DNA of 64,000 nt, taken from positions 1 to 64,000 of IMG/VR virus record IMGVR_UViG_3300012347_000477, one strand, 5' to 3'. Within the stretch, counting starts at the first letter, position 1, and every line of letters starts with the position of its first letter. Origin of the DNA: an uncultured virus (IMG/VR IMGVR_UViG_3300012347_000477) (Duplodnaviria > Heunggongvirae > Uroviricota > Caudoviricetes). A model generated the notes under the pieces. That model worked only from the letters and a program-made list of their open reading frames with translations, was not told where the DNA came from and ran no database searches. The position numbers and the translations under genes were made by a program. Below are positions 24,883-35,130 of the stretch, piece by piece.

Positions 24883-25320
24883 TTACTTTAATTTACGAAC
24901 TTTTGGTTTACTAGCATCTTTTGCTTTTTTGCTAGCAGCTACTAAACTTTCAGATTTAGTCGATTTTGCTGGTTGTTTACTTACTGCTTTAGCTAATGGC
25001 TTCTTAGCCGATGCACGGACTGCAGCTGGCTTCTTAACTGCTGTCTTTTGAACAACTGGCTTCTTAACTGCTGTCTTTTGAACAACTGGTTTTACCTCTT
25101 CTACAACTGGCGCTACTGGTGCTACTTCTACTGGCGCTACTGGTGCTACTTCTACTGGCTTAACTTCATCTACAACTGGTGCTGCAGTAGTAAGCGCATG
25201 AAATTGCAACGTTGGATCATCAAACGATACCTCAGAATTTTTTTCATCTCGCTTCTTAGCAACATACCAAAATACTAAAAATACAATTACTAAAATAATA
25301 AATGCAATAATAATTTCCAT
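24883..25320 (-). CDS. membrane-anchored protein with Lys/Ala/Pro-rich histone-H1-like tail
   Basis: N-terminal TM; VEVAPVAP x2; PVVQKTAVKK x2. Confidence 0.75.
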   Translation of the reverse strand: MEIIIAFIILVIVFLVFWYVAKKRDEKNSEVSFDDPTLQFHALTTAAPVVDEVKPVEVAPVAPVEVAPVAPVVEEVKPVVQKTAVKKPVVQKTAVKKPAAVRASAKKPLAKAVSKQPAKSTKSESLVAASKKAKDASKPKVRKLK

Positions 25321-25403
25321 AAAGAAATCCTCCTGTACACTATTTACACTAAATAATCAGCCGGTTAGTAAAATGTGAACGCTGGTCACAATAGGAGATT
25401 ACT

Positions 25404-25517
25404 ATGTTAGATATTCTTTTTTGGTTAGTAGTTGGAGCAGCAATTGGTTGGAATTTCCCACAGCCGCCATGGGCTAAAGTAATTCAAGAAAAAGTGCAGG
25501 CATTATTTAAGAAATAA
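25404..25517 (+). CDS. small membrane protein (37 aa; not in ORF track)
   Basis: AGGAG RBS; MLDILFWLVVGAAIGWNFPQPPWAK... Confidence 0.65.
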   Translation: MLDILFWLVVGAAIGWNFPQPPWAKVIQEKVQALFKK

Positions 25518-25604
25518 TTAAATTTTTGGGTTTCTTTGTCGGGTTTACCATAAGCGTTTGTGTTTGGCTAAATATTAGAATAAACATTTTATCCAAGGTA
25601 AGCT

Positions 25605-28600
25605 ATGGCAAGAAACCCAATTGATATTGGTACTATCGGAAACGACGGTACCGGCGATAGTATTCGCGACGCATTTCGTAAAGTAAATGATAATTTTAAA
25701 GAATTATATAGTTCACTAGGTCTCGGCGACCGACTAACTTTTACCGGATTAGAAGAAACTCCAGACTCATATACTGGGCAAGAGCATGCAATTGTAACTG
25801 TAAATCCGACCGGTAACGGATTATCTTTTAGAAAGTTGCAAGGAGGTCCAGGAGTTGAAATCGATGTTACTAGTAGTAACAGTGCTATTTCAATTAATTC
25901 GCTATTTTCAGGTATTGAAGGCGATAGTTCTCCTAACTTAGGAGGCCCTCTTAATGCACAGGGCGGATCTACTAGATGGCCTATTGGAAATCTTCCCGAT
26001 TTAACTAGTAGCATCGAAGTTGCAGCAATTAAAACTGCAATGAATAATATTCATTCTGCATCAGCTGCAGTCCCTAGCAGATTTGCAGTTAATAAAGGGT
26101 ATGCGGATACTAAGATAGCATTAAGCGGGATAGATTCAATAGATGTTGGGACAGGAGCACGAGATACTAGTTTTGGCGAAATGACTGGCCCGTTAGTATT
26201 ATCTAGAGATCCGTTACCAGAAGATGATGCAATATGGGATGGAAAAACCGCTGCCACTAAACGATATGTTGATAACGCGGGATTTGCAAGTACTGCTAAT
26301 TTGTATGTAGCGAAATCCGGAGCAGACGATAGACCAAATATCGGAAAACTACAACAAGGCCGCGGATTATCTTATGCATATAAAACGCTCGAAGCAGCAC
26401 TAAAACGAGCAGAAGAGTTAGTACTTGAATCTCCTATTGAAATAGGCCCATACAAGAAAGTATTAACTTATAACGCTGGAGCTGGAACATGTACATTAGA
26501 AAAAATTGGTGAAGCTACTAATTCGGGTGCAGGATTAGTAACACAACTATACATGAGTGTTGATACCATATCCGTTAACTCTGGCGGTTCTTTATACTCA
26601 ATTGGGGATATTGTTACTATAACAGGAGGAACATTTTCTCAAGCAGCATCATTCGAAGTACTATCAGTAAATGTGATTCCAGAGTCAAACGGCAGAGGTT
26701 CAATACAAAGTATCCGAATTATTACATCTGGAGTGTACACAGTATTACCAGGAAACACAAATATTTCAACATCTTCTTCCGGAATAGGTACTAATGCAAC
26801 TGTTAACTTAACATTTAACGTTAATAATGTGCAAGTGACTAACGGTGGTACTAACTACGGGTTAGTTTCCGTTAGAATTACCGGCGGAGGCGGATCGGGA
26901 GCATTTGGTAGAGCCGAAGTAGTTAACAATATTGTAGTAAGTATTACAGTTACAAATAGAGGTAGCGGGTTTACTAGTTTACCTACAGTTATAGTAAATT
27001 TACCTAGATTTTTTATTCAAACAGATGGATACAGAACTGATTTTACAGGAAATGTACTATCATCAATTCCGTCGGCAATCCGAACTCGTGATATTCGAGA
27101 AGGATTATTATTAAGAGGCGAGACATCAGGAGCACTTGCTCAAATCTTAGCACACAGCGGTGAACTGTCAGTTGAGTCGGATACTGTTGGTTGTGAAATT
27201 TTTGATGTTGACTTGTTATCTGGGGCATTCGAAGACGGCGAAGTAATTGCATACGGTGATATTACTAAACCGATTCAGATTTCAATCTTTGTAGAATCTG
27301 GTATCTACGAGGAAAATTATCCGTTACGAATACCTCAAAATGTTGCCATTATCGGAGACGAGTTTAGAAGAACAATTATTAGACCTCGCCCTGCACAACA
27401 CGGTGCACCGTTATCTGGAATGAGTAGTAGTCCGTGGGCTTTCCTACATTTTAGAAGAAACTCCGAGTTTGACGGATTAACAGTAACTAATCAATTATTT
27501 GGAAATCATTATTTAACTGATTCATCAGTCCCAGTATATCCGCTAATTAATAATAAAGGTTCGTATAGATCAGCTGCGCAACTACTTGAAATTAATCGAG
27601 AATTTATCAAGTCACAAGTTATCGGGTGGATTGCAAATCAAGTTACAACCGAAACAAGTCCGTTTACTGCCGAGTTTTCATACAATGCAGAATTATGTCA
27701 GCGGGATGTTGGTCTGATCATAGATGCTATTGTTTTTGATTTAAAGTATGGCGGTTATAATAGAACAATTTCTGCAGCATTAAAATATTTTTCTAGTGTA
27801 AGTTCCTTACTCGCAATTACATCTCAGTTATTGCAAACTACTGCGGCAATGGAGCGTATCAACACATTAGCACAAAGTGTAATTAGCAATACTAGTGTAA
27901 CTCCATTATATACCGAATCCGGAGTGATAACTTCAAGCCCTTTAGTTTCACAAATTCTCGAACAAGCATATGTTGCAGAAACTGGGTCCGGTATATTAAT
28001 AACATCGTTATTCGATGCAATTATTGATATTATTAGTAACACCGGAGCAGCAAATTATCCAAAAGATAATAATCAACTTGATGTATTTTTATGTAATGAT
28101 GCAACTATTATTCGAGCAATGACCATACAAGGGCATGGCGGATTTATGATGGTCTTAGACCCAGAAGGGCAGATCCGAACTAAATCACCATACGCTCAAG
28201 AAGCGGCAGGATTTAGTAAGAGTACTGGCAGAAAAACATTTGCCGGCGGTATGTTTGTTGACGGATTTACTGGAAATCAACAATTTAAGATAGTATCGGC
28301 TCCTACTAGTACATTGCTGAATGTATCTGGGTTATTAAGAATTCCGCAAACCCCATGTAGTTTTATTATTGATGACACTATATTTCGAGTCAATTATGTT
28401 AGAAATTATGTAAATGGTATTGTGTCACCGACTTATAGCACAGCACAATTAATTTTAGACGAAACTACTCCGTACGCTGGTAACACAGGAACTCAAACTT
28501 GTACATTTAGCGGTTCTCCAGGTGTGTTGATAATTTCAACTACATCTGAAAATAATTTGCAGCCCGGTGCAACAGTTCGATTCGCAGGCGGTGTATTACC

Positions 28601-31600
28601 AACAGGGTTATCTGAAAATACTGATTATTTTGTGCTTTCGTTAGACTTTACAGAATTTGCATTTAAGATAACTACCGAATACGGCAGTACTACTCCTGTA
28701 TCTATTTCATCTGCAGGTTCAGGGACCCATACTGTTGAACGTATTTTTGAAATATTGATGCCTGGTAATCGTTCTATGTTATCAAACGATTTTACTCAGG
28801 TAAACGATCTCGGTTACGGGCTAGTTGTTTCAAACGGTGGACTAACTGAAGCAGTTAGTATGTTTACATACTATTGTCATATTTCTTACTATGCGTTATC
28901 AGGAGGTCAAATTCGATCACTTGGTGGTTCTAGTAGTCATGGTAATTACGGGTTGGTCGCCGAAGGCTCTGATCCTTTAGAAGTTCCTACACCAGTTACT
29001 TTATACCATAATTTAGCACAATCGTTAACTATTATTTCTGATACATCAGATAGAAAAAATTTAAAAAATGGAGTTGTAGTTTATGCAACATATGACGATT
29101 ATTTACCGTTAATTGGGTCTGAACTTGAAGTAAATCACGGAAATGTTTTAACTCGCTATCTTATATCAGCAATTGATGCTATAACAGACATTACATATCC
29201 TAAATTATGTAAATTAAGCATATCGTCGTCAACAGGTCTTGCAGCCGGTATTCCTCATGGTCAACAAGTTACAATTAGACAAAACAGCTTTGTTGTTTTA
29301 ACAGGCGACATTGTTGATGTAGCAACTCGTCCTAGTACTGCCCTGAGATTGAACGAAAGTAATGCTGTGTATCGCATATTAAATTTTGACAATTACGACA
29401 GTACGTTTGATAAAGATATTTTTACAATTTCTTCGATCTCTGGAAATGTAATAACTACTAGTACACTGCATCGCCAAAAAGTTGGATATCAAGTTAAAAT
29501 TGTAAAAGCAGATAGCGATACATTGCCGGCAACTATTAACCCAAAAACAAGCATTTTAGATGGTACAGTTTATTATATTGTAGAATCAACTGATTACACG
29601 TTTAAGATATCAACTGCTAAAGGCGGAACACCTATAAACTTTTCTGCAGGTCCAAGCTATAGCGGAACACTAACTTCTACTGTTTCCCCGTACGGGTTAG
29701 CGTTAACTCAATTACGAGAAAATTACGATCACATCGATATTAATATATATTCGTCTCAGCCGTACATTACTCCGTTGTCGTTAACATCATGTACGGTATC
29801 TGCAACTTCACCTGCAATTATATCTGCAGCATCGCATGGGTTTGCTATCGGAAATCAAATTAAATTTAGTGGAACATTGCCAACTGGAATTAGTTCTGGG
29901 TATTATTGGATTGCTACTGAAAGCTACGGAAGTGATAGCTTTAAAATATCGAGTACTCCGCCGGTGTACAGTACACAAATTGGTGTTAATGGAACTCTCA
30001 CAGCAGGGTCTACTACAACCATTACCGGGCTAATTACAACTTCTGGTATTAGTGTTGGATCAAAATTAGTTGCTCCTGCTAATTTAAGTATTGGCAGCAT
30101 TACAGGATCAGGAACAGTTGCTACAATAACATTTGCTAGCAGTAATATTCAGCGTCCGCCGTATTTACCAGGTCAAACTGTTGCTATTTCAGGATTCACT
30201 TCACCGTACGACGGATTTAATAACGGAACAGCAGTGGTATTATCGTGTTCTACTACAACCCTAACTTATGCAAATGCTACAGTGGGAACTACTACGCTTA
30301 CAGGCACAGTTGCAGTAGTTGTAACCGGGTCACTTGGTACGTCTCCAACAATTGTATCGATTGATAGTGAAACTTCTATTACTATTTCTAGTTCAGGCCC
30401 TTCCACTGGAACAGTAGTGTTTGATGTAGAAGGAGCAACAGTAAATGCAAGCTCAACAGGTTCGAGTGTATCGTTTGGTAAAGTAATAGGCGGTAAAGGG
30501 TCGACCCAGATTGCAATATCAAATTTATCAAGTATTGATAAGTTACGAATTATAAATACTAAATTAGTACATGCCGGAACTGAATATGTAGTAACAAACT
30601 ACAACGAAAATCCAAGCAATGCTCCTTATTCTGTAATTACACTTAACAAGCCTATAGTAATAAGTATAGTAAGTTATCCGAATCCAATTGTATTAAAATC
30701 AGCAGTACCGGCAGGTACTACAAATTCGGCAGGAACACTTACAATTCGTATTGCGTTAGTTCGTGCAACTAGTCATGATTTTTTAGAAGTCGGTACCGGA
30801 GGCTATGCCGATACTAATTACCCAAATGATATTTTTGGACCTGCAGTTAACGATTTTAATACAGTACCTGCATGGGCAACTGATTACGACACTGATGGTG
30901 CAAAGGTTTCGAGGGCGCAAGTGCAAGAACGAGATGTCGGTCGAGCATTCTTTGTAACAACTGACCAATACGGAAATTTTTCAGTAGGACCATATTTTAA
31001 AGTTGACCAGGGCACCGGAACTGTAACATTTAGTGCATCAATTGCGCTAAGTCAGTTAGATGGTCTCGGTTTTAAACGTGGTGCAACTATTGCAGAATTT
31101 TCAATCGATGAAACTATGAGCGATAGTGCAACAGATTCAGTACCAACAGAATCTGCAGTTCGAGGCTATATTGATCGAAGATTAGGGTTTACGCATACTG
31201 GTAATACAGTTATTTCATCTAGCTTAATTCCAGTGGGTAACGCCGGCGGAGTTATGGCATTATCTGGGCAGCTCGCTATGAAAGGAGTTATGGACCTTGG
31301 AAGCAATCGTATTATCAATGTTGCTACGCCTACGCTAAGTTCCGATGCTGCTAGATTAGATAGTATTAATATCAGTAATTTGAAAGATGTTGACAATACT
31401 AATTTGTTTACTTTTACAGAAGTACAAGCTGGTCAACTATTAGCACTAACCGGAGCAAAGAATACAATTGGTAACTTTACTCCTACCGGAGACGTACTAT
31501 TTGACATTCAGTCGGGTGATAGCACTAGCAATGTTATCAGAACTAGTATCGCAACTGGAGTAATTGTTAATACCGATGTCAATAATGCTGCAGCAATTGT

Positions 31601-32804
31601 TCAGAGTAAGCTGTTGCTTAATGCAGCAACTGTTCGCGATAATGCAACAGGAATAGCACAAGCAGACCTCGGAGTTATTAGCGTAGATTCGTCTCAATTT
31701 ACATCAACTAGCGGTTGGGCAACTATTAAAGATAACGGAATATCTTTAAGTAAGCTATTTCAAGTTCCTACAAAAACAGTTGTTGGTAATTCTTCATTAA
31801 TAACTGGAAACGTCTCTGCTATAGGGTTTTCAACGGTTGTTGCAGATGGTGGAGCTATTAAAAAATCACAGTATACAAACGTAGGATACATCAAACGTAT
31901 TAATTCTATATCAAATACGGAAGATGGTAATTATGAAATAGTTGCTGATGATTCTGCTAGTACATCAAATACATTAGTAAGACGTGATAGTAATAAAGAC
32001 TTTGCAGGTAATGCAGTTACAGTTAATACTATTAAACTAGCAACTAGTGCTCCAGCAACATCAATATCATATTTAACGTTAGACTCTCTATCAATAACTT
32101 CTCTTAGCGGAGCTACCCAGCTTTACGGTTACGGAGGATCAGGTAGCAGTAGTTTTGTTGGTATTGCAATTGGTAGCGGAAGTGTAGCAGCTGATAAGAA
32201 ATCATATTACAACAACGAGACACATTTATTCAGGAATCAAGTTGGCGGAACAACATTTGCTACATTAGATGCTACCGGGTTAAATATTGGTGATAGGACA
32301 CTAACTACTACTAAAATTACTACCGGAAGTTCTACCACCGCTGGTACAATTACTGGACAATGGATCCTGGCAGATACACCGGGCGGCAGTAGTCGCACTA
32401 ATTCAAGATTGCAATCAACATATGCAGCCGACTTAGCAGAATTTTACGAAGGTGACAAAGAATATGAAGTCGGAACTGTATTGATATTTGGCGGTGATAA
32501 AGAAGTTACAATAAGCACAAATTATGCAGATTCTAGAGTAGCTGGAGTTGTTAGTGATAATGCTGCATATTCAATGTACGGAGCATGCCCCGGATTTAAA
32601 AATCAAATAGCATTGCAGGGTCGAGTACCGTGTAAAGTTATTGGTATCATTGAAAAAGGTACAATTTTAGTAACTTCGAATATTCCGGGAGTTGCAACCG
32701 CAGTTTTAAACAACGCAACCGCTGGAACCATTATTGGTAAAGCTTTAGAAAATTACAATTCACAAGAAGTAGGAATTATAGAAGTTGCAGTAGGAAGAAC
32801 ATAA
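25605..32804 (+). CDS. giant baseplate/tail-fibre protein (2399 aa)
   Basis: T4 gp9/gp10-type N-terminus (IDIG..NDGTGDSIRDAFRKVN.NF.ELY); C-terminal ADLAEFY..VAGVVS..ALQGRVPCKV chaperone-like domain. Confidence 0.8.
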   Translation: MARNPIDIGTIGNDGTGDSIRDAFRKVNDNFKELYSSLGLGDRLTFTGLEETPDSYTGQEHAIVTVNPTGNGLSFRKLQGGPGVEIDVTSSNSAISINSLFSGIEGDSSPNLGGPLNAQGGSTRWPIGNLPDLTSSIEVAAIKTAMNNIHSASAAVPSRFAVNKGYADTKIALSGIDSIDVGTGARDTSFGEMTGPLVLSRDPLPEDDAIWDGKTAATKRYVDNAGFASTANLYVAKSGADDRPNIGKLQQGRGLSYAYKTLEAALKRAEELVLESPIEIGPYKKVLTYNAGAGTCTLEKIGEATNSGAGLVTQLYMSVDTISVNSGGSLYSIGDIVTITGGTFSQAASFEVLSVNVIPESNGRGSIQSIRIITSGVYTVLPGNTNISTSSSGIGTNATVNLTFNVNNVQVTNGGTNYGLVSVRITGGGGSGAFGRAEVVNNIVVSITVTNRGSGFTSLPTVIVNLPRFFIQTDGYRTDFTGNVLSSIPSAIRTRDIREGLLLRGETSGALAQILAHSGELSVESDTVGCEIFDVDLLSGAFEDGEVIAYGDITKPIQISIFVESGIYEENYPLRIPQNVAIIGDEFRRTIIRPRPAQHGAPLSGMSSSPWAFLHFRRNSEFDGLTVTNQLFGNHYLTDSSVPVYPLINNKGSYRSAAQLLEINREFIKSQVIGWIANQVTTETSPFTAEFSYNAELCQRDVGLIIDAIVFDLKYGGYNRTISAALKYFSSVSSLLAITSQLLQTTAAMERINTLAQSVISNTSVTPLYTESGVITSSPLVSQILEQAYVAETGSGILITSLFDAIIDIISNTGAANYPKDNNQLDVFLCNDATIIRAMTIQGHGGFMMVLDPEGQIRTKSPYAQEAAGFSKSTGRKTFAGGMFVDGFTGNQQFKIVSAPTSTLLNVSGLLRIPQTPCSFIIDDTIFRVNYVRNYVNGIVSPTYSTAQLILDETTPYAGNTGTQTCTFSGSPGVLIISTTSENNLQPGATVRFAGGVLPTGLSENTDYFVLSLDFTEFAFKITTEYGSTTPVSISSAGSGTHTVERIFEILMPGNRSMLSNDFTQVNDLGYGLVVSNGGLTEAVSMFTYYCHISYYALSGGQIRSLGGSSSHGNYGLVAEGSDPLEVPTPVTLYHNLAQSLTIISDTSDRKNLKNGVVVYATYDDYLPLIGSELEVNHGNVLTRYLISAIDAITDITYPKLCKLSISSSTGLAAGIPHGQQVTIRQNSFVVLTGDIVDVATRPSTALRLNESNAVYRILNFDNYDSTFDKDIFTISSISGNVITTSTLHRQKVGYQVKIVKADSDTLPATINPKTSILDGTVYYIVESTDYTFKISTAKGGTPINFSAGPSYSGTLTSTVSPYGLALTQLRENYDHIDINIYSSQPYITPLSLTSCTVSATSPAIISAASHGFAIGNQIKFSGTLPTGISSGYYWIATESYGSDSFKISSTPPVYSTQIGVNGTLTAGSTTTITGLITTSGISVGSKLVAPANLSIGSITGSGTVATITFASSNIQRPPYLPGQTVAISGFTSPYDGFNNGTAVVLSCSTTTLTYANATVGTTTLTGTVAVVVTGSLGTSPTIVSIDSETSITISSSGPSTGTVVFDVEGATVNASSTGSSVSFGKVIGGKGSTQIAISNLSSIDKLRIINTKLVHAGTEYVVTNYNENPSNAPYSVITLNKPIVISIVSYPNPIVLKSAVPAGTTNSAGTLTIRIALVRATSHDFLEVGTGGYADTNYPNDIFGPAVNDFNTVPAWATDYDTDGAKVSRAQVQERDVGRAFFVTTDQYGNFSVGPYFKVDQGTGTVTFSASIALSQLDGLGFKRGATIAEFSIDETMSDSATDSVPTESAVRGYIDRRLGFTHTGNTVISSSLIPVGNAGGVMALSGQLAMKGVMDLGSNRIINVATPTLSSDAARLDSINISNLKDVDNTNLFTFTEVQAGQLLALTGAKNTIGNFTPTGDVLFDIQSGDSTSNVIRTSIATGVIVNTDVNNAAAIVQSKLLLNAATVRDNATGIAQADLGVISVDSSQFTSTSGWATIKDNGISLSKLFQVPTKTVVGNSSLITGNVSAIGFSTVVADGGAIKKSQYTNVGYIKRINSISNTEDGNYEIVADDSASTSNTLVRRDSNKDFAGNAVTVNTIKLATSAPATSISYLTLDSLSITSLSGATQLYGYGGSGSSSFVGIAIGSGSVAADKKSYYNNETHLFRNQVGGTTFATLDATGLNIGDRTLTTTKITTGSSTTAGTITGQWILADTPGGSSRTNSRLQSTYAADLAEFYEGDKEYEVGTVLIFGGDKEVTISTNYADSRVAGVVSDNAAYSMYGACPGFKNQIALQGRVPCKVIGIIEKGTILVTSNIPGVATAVLNNATAGTIIGKALENYNSQEVGIIEVAVGRT

Positions 32805-33163
32805 TGACTAAACAAACAATAAACGTAGGAGTATCACCGAATGACCAGTTCGGTGATAGTATTCGGACCGCATTTCAAAAAGTAAATTCAAATTTTACTG
32901 AATTGTACACCACCTTCGGAGAAGACTTATCTGCCGATTTAACAGTTCAAAGTAATATTGAATTTAGCGGAACTATTGCACTTAGTGGGACTGCTATTGT
33001 TAGTACAACAGTTCCACTAACAAAAAAAGGAGCCAACGGCGATATTGCTGGCATGATCGCCGTTGACTCTAATTATCTGTATGTATGTACAGCAACATGG
33101 GTTAATACATCACCAAGTGTTCAGCCAGATATATGGACTAGAACCCAACTATCTGCATGGTAA
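32804..33163 (+). CDS. virion protein with gp9/gp10-like N-terminus
   Basis: INVGVSPND..GDSIRTAFQKVN.NF.ELY. Confidence 0.75.
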   Translation: MTKQTINVGVSPNDQFGDSIRTAFQKVNSNFTELYTTFGEDLSADLTVQSNIEFSGTIALSGTAIVSTTVPLTKKGANGDIAGMIAVDSNYLYVCTATWVNTSPSVQPDIWTRTQLSAW

Positions 33164-33192
33164 AACCGGTAAATACACAAAGAGAGAACTTT

Positions 33193-33321
33193 ATGTCTAC
33201 GAACTCGACAATTATTAAAGATTTAGCGAATACTACGCTAATATGTACTGTACTAACAACATGTAACACTGAACTGATGCAGTCACCTATCACCATTAAC
33301 TATACTAACGGACGCATATAA
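33193..33321 (+). CDS. possible 42-aa ORF
   Basis: Follows TAAATA and AGAGAG; stop codon overlaps the next ATG. Confidence 0.3.
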   Translation: MSTNSTIIKDLANTTLICTVLTTCNTELMQSPITINYTNGRI

Positions 33322-34505
33322 TGTCTCAACAACAAATAGAACCAAAGCGTGCTCCGTTAGTATGGAGTACTATTCAAACTGAATTTAGTAAAATAAATTC
33401 TAATTTTACAGAACTATATTTAAGTCTTAACGGTGACGGTGTTGATTTAAGTAATATAGGTAATTCCCTCATTCCAGATTTAAATTTACGAAATCTAGGA
33501 AGTGTGAGCAATAAATGGAATGCCCTTTATCTCGGGGCTGAATCCTTGTGGATTGAAAATTCTAGAGTATCTGCAAACAACGAAGGTGGAATCGATCTAC
33601 CACTTAAATCAACAATCAACGGAGTATTAATTAGAGATCAATCTGTAGGAAGTTTTAACGAACTACGAGTAAGCGGACAACCATCTATAGTAGCATCGTC
33701 TGCAGCTAGTCCTATAAATCTTATAAGTAGTGGAATTTCAATTACTACTAATAACAATAATATCACTTTCACTAATACCGGAGTTACTAATATTGTTGCA
33801 GGATCGGGCATATCAGTTAGTGCAGGATCGGGGTCTGTAACTATAACAAATGCATTATATAATAAAGAAGCATATACAAAAGTAGCAGTAAGTGGGCAAA
33901 CAACATTAACTCCGTCTACTTCTACAAGCACGTTAAATGTTTCTGCAGGTGCAGGAATTACACTTACTACTAATGCTAGTACTAATACCCTTACAATTAC
34001 CGGAACAGCTACTCAAAATATATATCAACGTTTTGCAGTAAGTGGTCAAACGACATTAACTCCGTCTACTTCTACAAGCACGTTAAATGTTTCTGCAGGT
34101 GCAGGAATTACACTTACTACTAATGCTAGTACTAATACCCTTACAATTACCGGAACAGCTACTCAAAATATATATCAACGTTTTGCAGTAAGTGGTCAAA
34201 CGACATTAACTCCGTCTACTTCTACAAGCACGTTAAATGTTTCTGCAGGTGCAGGAATTACACTTACTACTAATGCTAGTACTAATACCCTTACAATTAC
34301 CGGAACAGCTACTCAAAATATATATCAACGTTTTGCAGTAAGTGGTCAAACGACATTAACCCCGTCTACTTCTACAAGTACGTTAAATATTACTAGTGGC
34401 AACGGTATTGAAATTACAACTAATGCCGGAAATAATACACTGTCGATATCTACCACCACTGCAGAATTATTAGGATTTAATCCTTTCTTCTTAATGGGAT
34501 TATGA
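33321..34505 (+). CDS. fibre-like virion protein with 50-aa tandem repeats
   Basis: F.KINSNFTELY start; AVSGQTTLTPSTSTSTLNVSAGAG repeats. Confidence 0.75.
   Translation: MSQQQIEPKRAPLVWSTIQTEFSKINSNFTELYLSLNGDGVDLSNIGNSLIPDLNLRNLGSVSNKWNALYLGAESLWIENSRVSANNEGGIDLPLKSTINGVLIRDQSVGSFNELRVSGQPSIVASSAASPINLISSGISITTNNNNITFTNTGVTNIVAGSGISVSAGSGSVTITNALYNKEAYTKVAVSGQTTLTPSTSTSTLNVSAGAGITLTTNASTNTLTITGTATQNIYQRFAVSGQTTLTPSTSTSTLNVSAGAGITLTTNASTNTLTITGTATQNIYQRFAVSGQTTLTPSTSTSTLNVSAGAGITLTTNASTNTLTITGTATQNIYQRFAVSGQTTLTPSTSTSTLNITSGNGIEITTNAGNNTLSISTTTAELLGFNPFFLMGL
33885..34388 (+). repeat. 150-bp tandem repeat, ~3.4 near-identical copies
   Basis: Units start at 33885, 34035, 34185, 34335. Confidence 0.95.
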
Positions 34506-34572
34506 TCTACAACTCACCCCTGATAATCAATCGAATAAGAAATTACAGTAAATATATTAAAGAGAGCAATGC

Positions 34573-35121
34573 ATGAATGTACAACAAATTAATATCGGTA
34601 ACTTAGTTAATGACGGGTTAGGCGACGACTTGCGAACAGCATTTCAAAAAGTAAATGCCAATTTTGCAGAGTTATCTACAGGATTAACAGTTACTGCAAG
34701 TAATGCTGCTGGTGTAGCAGGGCACGGAATATTTGCTCAAAAGAATGGTGCTGATTTACAATTTAAAAATTTAATAGCAGGTAATAAAATACAATTGACT
34801 AGTTTTTTAGATTCTATTCGAATTGATTTTACTAATATCGATGCATTTACTAAAATAACAACAGATGTTGGTAGTATTAGTGGATCAGCAGCTAGCCAAA
34901 TTTCGTTGCTAGGCAGCGACAATATTCGAGTATCTACTACAGGATCAATTATTAATATTGATACTACTGTTGATACTAAAAATATAGTATTAGGATATAA
35001 TTTTGGGGTAATAGGCGAACCGGCAGAAGATGCAATTCAGATGCTGTTATCTATTTCCAATATTGAGTTTGGTACAATAACCGACCCTGGTCCGATATAT
35101 CTCAATTTTGGTAGTATTTAA
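34573..35121 (+). CDS. virion protein with gp9/gp10-like N-terminus
   Basis: INIGNLVNDGLGDDLRTAFQKVNANF. Confidence 0.75.
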   Translation: MNVQQINIGNLVNDGLGDDLRTAFQKVNANFAELSTGLTVTASNAAGVAGHGIFAQKNGADLQFKNLIAGNKIQLTSFLDSIRIDFTNIDAFTKITTDVGSISGSAASQISLLGSDNIRVSTTGSIINIDTTVDTKNIVLGYNFGVIGEPAEDAIQMLLSISNIEFGTITDPGPIYLNFGSI

Positions 35122-35130
35122 GGAACTATT

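Noticed and set aside
25356..25390. Possible pseudoknot or riboswitch (ATCAGC/GCTGGT with TGTGA/TCACA) before the 37-aa ORF
   Set aside because: Short stems, a single copy and no match to a riboswitch consensus I recognise.
33885..34388. 150-bp repeats as CRISPR or DGR template/variable repeats
   Set aside because: In-frame coding tandem repeats with no spacers, no adenine-specific variation and no reverse transcriptase.
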